NCBI GenBank assembly: GCA_951406725.2
Contig: OX597818.1
Location: forward strand, 19,716,001 to 19,780,000
Reading direction: 5' to 3'
From: Octopus vulgaris
Lineage: Eukaryota
DNA length: 64,000 nt
Part shown: positions 56,575-64,000 of the stretch, piece after piece
Layout of the letters: the number at the start of each line of letters is the position of its first letter
Position numbering within the stretch: the first letter of the stretch is position 1
Notes under the pieces: model-generated
Database searches by the model: none
What the model saw: the letters and a program-made list of their open reading frames with translations, nothing else
Told to the model about the DNA's origin: nothing
Program-made: the position numbers and the translations under genes

Positions 56575-57338
56575 GCAGCTGGTGTCTACATTCCTTCAGG
56601 AGACTAGCGGGGAATCTATCAGGGCCTACAGCAGAATAGTATTTGATTTCATTTATTGCTGCTATGATGTCTGAAGCAATAAAGGTTAGGTCCAAGATTA
56701 TATGTTGGGGATATACTTCGTTCACATCCCTTACGTCAGTATCAGTGGGATCACTAAAGACAGAGCAGTATTGTTTCTGAAGTACTTCTGCCATTTCTTT
56801 GGCATCGTGTTGAAGGATACCGTTATCATCGAACAATAGACCAATGGTTGAAACAGTGGTTCTATGTTTATTTGCATATGAATAGAACACTTTGGGGTTC
56901 TGTTTGATATTTTTTGATTACCCACTGTTCCTCTGCAGCTCTTTTATTTTCAATGGAGGTTTTCATGGTGGTCTGCAGATGAAGTTTTTCCAACTCCAGC
57001 CTTTTCATTGTTGTTGAATGTGGATGTTGTATGTGGGAGTATTTTAAATGGTTGATTTTTAAAAATTAAGTCTTTTGATGAGTGTTTTTTTTTTATGAGC
57101 CTGTTTCTGTTTGTGTTAGTGGATTTCGTAGGAGCGTGCTTTGAGCATGTATAGGTGACAATGTCCTCAAAGAGCTGTCATGTAGTTTCAATGTCAGTGG
57201 AATTGAGAGTGAAGGACCAATCGATAAAGAACAGATTCTTTCTGATTGCTCTCCAGTCCGCTTTGTGGAAGTTTATGTTGTCAAATAAGTGCAGTGGAGT
57301 GGGATTGGCTGGTTTGGTTTTGATATGCCGGAAATCAA

Positions 57339-57340
<2 letters not shown>
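56575..57340 (-). mobile_element. LINE (CR1/Jockey group) ORF2 linker fragment
   Basis: NFHKADW, AEVLQKQYCSVFS, SAVGPDRFPASLLKEC. Confidence 0.8.
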
Positions 57341-57373
<33 letters not shown>

Positions 57374-57383
57374 AATGAGTTAG

Positions 57384-59180
57384 CTGTTTCTACTATGGGG
57401 TTGCCCAATCTTTCAAGTTTTCCACATCATGCCAGTAATATACAGGGATTGTACAATGTTTCAACAAACATTGGACAGGGGTTGGACAATGATTGAGCCT
57501 CAAAGCTTCATCAGAGAGACCATAGTGTTAGGAATCTAACATGTGAAGAAGTAAGGTAGACTAATAAAAATTTAAAAATGATATAATAGAAACAGTAAGG
57601 AATAGCGAAATGTCAATTCCAAGGTGATATCCATAAGCCATGAGATTACATCTTGTAAAGAAAGTCACTTGCAGGAGTAATTTCCACAAGTTATAAGAGT
57701 TACATCGTATTTCAATTTTACTGGAGGAAATAGCGAGGGTAAGACGTTGTAGAGTGAGTTTAATGGAGTGGTCCATATCACAGGGGTCAAAGTTTGAGGC
57801 TAACTGCTATTTAATAGAGCATCATAAAAGGAATTAACAAAGATGACTTAATGTGAACTTGTTTGGAGAAATCAATACATAAGTATATCAATGAAAGAAA
57901 AATTTGGGTAAAACCTTAGTGCGATGTTATTACTTGTTACTTATTAACAAAGACCTCATCCTAATACCCCTATGAATAGTAGGGTGAGGCCAAAGTTAAT
58001 CCTACATCTTAACTGGTCCACTAAAACTGAAAACAATGGCGTTGTTCAGGTCCGCTAAATCCATCAATAAAATACAAGACAAGTAAAAACAAACGAAAAA
58101 AAAATTAAAATACTTAAGGAATGAATTGTCTAAGGAATTGTCTTAATGAATGGGCTTTGAACATTACTTATGGTTATGGATATAGTATATTTTATGAATA
58201 TATCTGAGATATATATCAAATTAACACGTAATTGTCTGAACGAGAAAAATAAAGGACGAAGCAATTAGTGGAAAAATTAACACTGCTGGACTTTATCGGA
58301 GGGAGCTTAGCCGATTAGTATATCATCGTATTAAAATGCAAGGAGAAAGGATCTTTTCACTTTGACCGGCAGATTTAAAAAATAATTTTTTGTAACTAAA
58401 CACTTTTAAACTTCGTATACTGGTAGAATGTGTCACATAAAACATCTTTTTTCTTGGTGTTCTTGAGAAAATTCTGTAGTTTGTAAGCTATTTGTTGTTA
58501 AATTTCTCGTATTTCGGCAATTTCAACCAATCAATGACATCTAAATTTAACAATAAATAGCTTACAAACTACAGAATTTTCTCAAGAACGCCAAGAGAAA
58601 AATATGTTTTATGTGACACATTCTACCAGTATACGAAGTTTAAAAGTGTTTAGTTACAAAAAATTATTTTTTAAATCTGCCGGTCAAAGGGAAAAGATCC
58701 GAGAGAAATTATGCACTAAAGTAAGATTTAGGAAATGTTATTCCGTTATGGATAGATCTAAGTTATAATTTCAAATTATAGAAGAGCAAACGTGAAAATG
58801 AATGAATGAAAATATTTTCAGACTTAGAGACTACAATTGAAGCGGGGTAACTGTGCATTGCGTTCCAATGTTGGGGGTGCAGAGAGATATTTAGACACTT
58901 AAAGTAAAGCTGAGGTTATTTTCTATTATAGAGAGAAACAGAAGGTATTAATGTTAGGATAGGGGTGGAGCTTAGAGAAGATAATGGACCTTATGTGGTA
59001 TTATAATTGTATGAGGTAGTGCAGTTATAAAATTGTAAACTTATAGAGTTAATTACAATGGGAATTATTCTGGTTAAGTTGGATCCCTGTCCAATGTCTG
59101 TTCAACAATTGTACAATCCCTGTATATCCCTGTATATTGTGGCAAACTTGGCAGATTGGGCAACCCCATGGTAGAAACTG
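57384..59180. mobile_element. 1.8-kb non-autonomous TIR element
   Basis: About 95 bp imperfect inverted repeats 57384-57480 / 59085-59180. Confidence 0.65.
58349..58700. mobile_element. Nested MITE with about 157 bp TIRs (GGATCTTTTC termini)
   Basis: Near-perfect palindrome; flanks AGGAGAAA/GAGAGAAA; same family as 13614-14373. Confidence 0.9.
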
Positions 59181-59472
59181 GTGTAAGAGTTTAGTGTTTG
59201 TTCATTCATTTATTCTCATTCATTTATTTATTTTTATTTATTTATTTAATTATTTATTTATTTGCTTGTTTCAGTTGTTTATTTAAATCACTTATACATA
59301 TGATTGTTCCCCGTGGTCTTCATGATTATACATATGATTATACATTATACAATAGATATAATTGAATGTTTACAGGCTGACGTTTGTTGATTGTTTAACC
59401 TCTCCATTTTCTATTTTCTTTATATATATATATATGTATGTATATATATATATATATGTATATGTATGTATG

Positions 59473-59535
<63 letters not shown>

Positions 59536-59542
59536 GTATGTA

Positions 59543-59585
<43 letters not shown>

Positions 59586-59650
59586 GTATGTATATATATA
59601 TATATGTGTGTATATATATATATGTGTGTATATATATATGTATATATATG

Positions 59651-59694
<44 letters not shown>

Positions 59695-59696
<2 letters not shown>

Positions 59697-59861
59697 AAAT
59701 TAGAAAATGGAGAAACATACTTAAATCAATAAAACATCAACTAACAGATGATACCCAATCAATACTTTATTACACCATTACATATCAGTAAAGGCATTAT
59801 ACCAGTATATTGGATATATGTTATCCCATGGTGGGTTGAATTTTTCAACCCCTATCTCATT

Positions 59862-59909
<48 letters not shown>

Positions 59910-60330
59910 AATTGAGATAGGGGTTGTAAATGCAATCCAATATACTGCTAGTGAAGTACCCAACAAAGTTAATACATAAATGTTAATGATTGCGATGCAA
60001 TCAATTCATTTACTGTATTATATGGGCAAAGGTAAAATGATTTACCACAAATTACTAATACAAGATAAGAAAATGGAGAAATACATCTAAATCAAATATC
60101 AATTACCAGATAATACTCAATCACATACTTTATTAAACCACCACATAAGAGACTGTAGGGTTAAATATAAAAAGCAGAACAAATCAGTGTACATAAAGGA
60201 ATGTACATAAAAAAGTGTACATAAAAGAGTAATGTTGTATAATAAGTAGAATATATATAAAAGAGAATATAAATATAAGTAAATATAAATATAAGTATAG
60301 ATTACATCTTACAGCTGTTTCGGCCATGTA
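59695..60330 (-). mobile_element. (TA)n-associated repeat with a half hammerhead
   Basis: Diverged direct repeats about 59700-59780 / 60068-60145; GGCC GAAA CAGCTG TA AGA on minus at about 60307-60325. Confidence 0.45.
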
Positions 60331-60375
60331 GATAAGTATGTCTCATATATATATATATATATGTATGTATGTATG

Positions 60376-60407
<32 letters not shown>

Positions 60408-60974
60408 TGTATGTATGTATGTATGTATGTATGTATGTATGTATGTATGTATGTATGTATGTATGTATGTATGTACATCCGTGTGTCTTTGTATCTGTTG
60501 TCCCCAAACCAAAACATTACAACCGATGTTGGTGCGTTTACGTCCCCGTAAATTAGCGGGTTTGGCAGAGACCGATAGAATAAATACTACGCTTACAAAG
60601 AATAAGTCCTGGTGTCGATTTGTTCGACTAAAACCCTTTAAGGCGGTGCTCTAGCATGGCCGCAGTCAAATGACTGAAACAAGTATAAAAAGAAACGAAT
60701 ACGACAATCTTCATCACAGATTCAGTCTATGAAATTTCACACAGACGGCTTTCGTCAGAGAATCAGATGGCTTTTGGTTATTCAGTGACAGAACGAGGAA
60801 TAACGTGGAGAAAGGCGCTTTTGATTCTTCAGCCAAAATATATCACATTTCCCTAAAAATACCTTATATAAAACCTGCAAACCTGTAAAACTTCTAGAAT
60901 AATTGAATAGAAGATGGGTGTCACACGAGTGTCATATAAATGAGTCTAACAGGTTTTTTTGGTGCTGCTTCTGT

Positions 60975-61132
60975 TACTGTTGTTGTTTTTGTTATTGTAG
61001 TTGTTGTTGTTGTTGTTGTTCTTCTTCTTCTTCTTCTTCTTCTTCTTCTTCTTCTTCTTCTTCGTCTTCTTCTTCTTCTTCGTCAACCAGTTGACATCGA
61101 CATGTGGAGGGGGCATCCTTGTTTTTGTTGGG

Positions 61133-61195
<63 letters not shown>

Positions 61196-61315
61196 AGAAG
61201 TAGTAGAAGAAGAAGAAGAAGAAGAAGAAGAAGAAGAAGAAGAAGAAGAAGAAGAAGAAGAAGAAGAAGAAGAAGAAGAAGAAGAAGAAGAAGAAGAAGA
61301 AGAAGAAGAAGAAAG
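60975..61315. repeat. (TTG)n(CTT)n ... (GTA)n(GAA)n microsatellite cluster
   Basis: Directly visible. Confidence 0.95.
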
Positions 61316-61547
61316 GAAGTAGGTGGGGGGGATTGAAGAGGAGGAGGAAGCGTGGGAGGTTAAGAATTTTCACCACAACCTCTAACAGAGCTGCTTACAC
61401 CAACTGCCACAACCGCTGCCACTGCGACCACCGCCATCACCTGTATATCTACACTCCCAAATGTACAAAGCAGTCCAGGTGTTAATTGGTGCCGTTATAC
61501 AGAATACTAGATAAACACACACAAACACACACTAATATTTGTATTAA

Positions 61548-61617
<70 letters not shown>

Positions 61618-61629
61618 CCTACCTACCTA

Positions 61630-61688
<59 letters not shown>

Positions 61689-62745
61689 GTGCGTGTATTT
61701 TTATTCTTTTACTAACACGAATATACACACACGTATATATGCATATCTATCTATCTGCCTGTCTATCTAGCCACGTGTATGTGAGTGAATGTTCGAGTGT
61801 GTGCATGTGTATTTATGCATGTTTGTAGGTGTATATACACGCTCGTTTACCCACGTACATCCCTCTATGTGTGTGTATATGTATGTTTGCGTGTCTGTAT
61901 GTGTGCGCGCGCGCGTATCGTAGTGCAAGCGCGCAAGTGTTAGAAAATCGGCGTCAAACAGGTTTCGCAACGCTCTGCTCTTGTATTTATACAGCAGACT
62001 TAAGAAAGATAGGAATGGTTAACCACATTTCACAGATGTTATTGTTTAACCTCCAGATCAGCAACTTAAAGAGTAAACTTTTATGATCAAAGTATTTCAA
62101 CAACTACCATTCATTCTAAATCCAAACAGGATAGTGTTATAGAAGTGCTATTTAACCTTCATTTTCAAAGATAACAGGCTGTAATTTGATGAAGATTTGG
62201 TTGCTATTTCTCGCAGACCGAGCGACCATATGTAGGCTCTCCAAAAGTTTTTCCTGCAGATATGCGGTGGAAGTAGGTTTGAAAAAAAAATGCAGAGAAC
62301 GGTTCAAGTCAGTTTTAAGCCCTAAAAAGCAAATTACTATTTGATTCCTTAGCTGATACCTTCAGCGCTACCTGTTTATAACTCCTATGCTAAATTGGGA
62401 AAGGATACATTGGAAAAATGTACTTCTGAGTTCAAATCCCGCCTGAGTCATTTTCTCAGGGCGAATACATATAGTACCAACCCAGAGCGGTGAATTGGCG
62501 GGACGTTGGCTCATCGGAGATGCTTTGGTTTGGAGCCATTTCGATTCATTGTATTCGGAATTCAAATTGCCGTTCCGAAAAAAAGGGTCGGCGCGATCCA
62601 GTAGAAGACAGTGACAGAGACAAAAGGTCTTTAAGCAAGTGCTCAAGTATTTCAGCTGACAGTTTCCCATGCCTGCCCACTAGCTCAGCTAGTAGGAAAG
62701 GTAACAAGGGAACTACACGTCTTGTGCATTCAACAACGAACGGCG

Positions 62746-62845
<100 letters not shown>

Positions 62846-62851
62846 GACTGA

Positions 62852-62883
<32 letters not shown>

Positions 62884-63235
62884 CCGTCCGTCCATCTGTC
62901 CGTCTGTCCGTCTGTTTGTCTGTCTATCTACCTATATATCTATCTGTTTGTCTGTCTATCTACCTATATATCTATCTGTCTGTCTGTCTATCTGCCTGTC
63001 TTTCTGATTGTCGGTCTGTCTGCTTGTCTGATCATTTGTGTGTGTGTGTATGAGAGTGTATTAATGTATGTGTGTGTGTGCATGTGTGTTTGTGTATGTG
63101 TGTGTGAGTTGGTGGCATCCATCAGTCATGAAGACCACGGGGAACAATCGTAGATGCAGAAGTGTCAGAGATGTAAAAAAAACTTCTGAAATTTTGACGT
63201 CCTGTTTTCGTCTACCAACCGCGCTTGCAATCATA

Positions 63236-63368
<133 letters not shown>

Positions 63369-63503
63369 CTCGCTGTTCCCCATGTAAATATCGATTTATC
63401 TGATACGAGGGTTGGCAGACATCGGCACGGATCAACAAACAGTTTGTTCGTTGAAATTATAATGAAGGGCAACGGCTCTTGTTAGATTCATCGGATCAGA
63501 TAC

Positions 63504-63550
63504 TTCTGGGCTGACGAGATACAGCATGTCTAAACACCGGTGTCCCAAAA
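63504..63550 (+). ncRNA. Degenerate hammerhead (G12 mutated)
   Basis: GGG CTGACGA GATA-CAGCA-TGTC tAAA CACCGGTG TC^CC; flanks GATTCAT/ATGAATC pair. Confidence 0.55.
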
Positions 63551-64000
63551 TCCTTTATACTAATGAATCGAGGGCGCCACGAAGACATAGTCGTCGCAAA
63601 GGAGAAGCTGTTTTCCTATATCGGTAACAACACCGACTGGTATATTTGCATTGGAATCGGATCCAGTAAAACTGATTTGCAAAATATGCGTTTTTTAAAA
63701 GGAAAAATCTGAAAATCGGTTATAATAATGTAGTCTTTCAGTCTCATTTCTATGAAGGTATGATATGGAGAACAAAAATGGGATGAAAAAGTTACAGGGG
63801 TTTAAATACCTAATGAAATCATTAATCCAGCTGTCATAAATCATAAATTACGTGCGGTAAAGACATGGGTGAAGTGAAACACACAGCGTACGGTTGTCAT
63901 GGTAACAAGCTTCTAATGCCGCGCTGTCTGTTGATTGGCTAAAATTACCCAAATTTCCCAACTTTTATTCCAAATAACATCAGATTTGCCGACCGACAAT

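Noticed and set aside
60720-60765. CTGACGA...GAAA on the minus strand
   Set aside because: Helices I-III do not pair; the same holds for CTGATGA hits near 22070, 28910, 40970, 44548, 48495 and 57510.

Overview
AT-rich, microsatellite-saturated animal genomic DNA; the SINE repertoire points to an octopus (inference, no search run). There is one clear host gene, an intronless small heat-shock protein (18190-18708, minus strand) with a TATA box, heat-shock elements and a CRE. The rest is mostly mobile DNA: a decayed Tx1/L1-type LINE, CR1, RTE and Penelope (GIY-YIG) fragments, Tc1/mariner relics, GG-ended MITEs with 8-9 bp TSDs, a TTAA piggyBac-type MITE, Helitron pieces and three SINE families. 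The standout signal is a set of non-coding retrozyme-like elements. At least six loci carry a recognisable type I hammerhead ribozyme (10.3, 28.1, 34.1, 36.2, 45.4 and 54.7/55.3 kb), with degenerate ones at 8.4, 60.3 and 63.5 kb. They have palindromic helix III, often long rod-like flanks and partial-tandem monomers of about 340, 360 and 587 nt. Several sit in (TA)n tracts, and several diverged families share a second conserved module with a covarying hairpin. All folds were paired by eye; no activity is shown.
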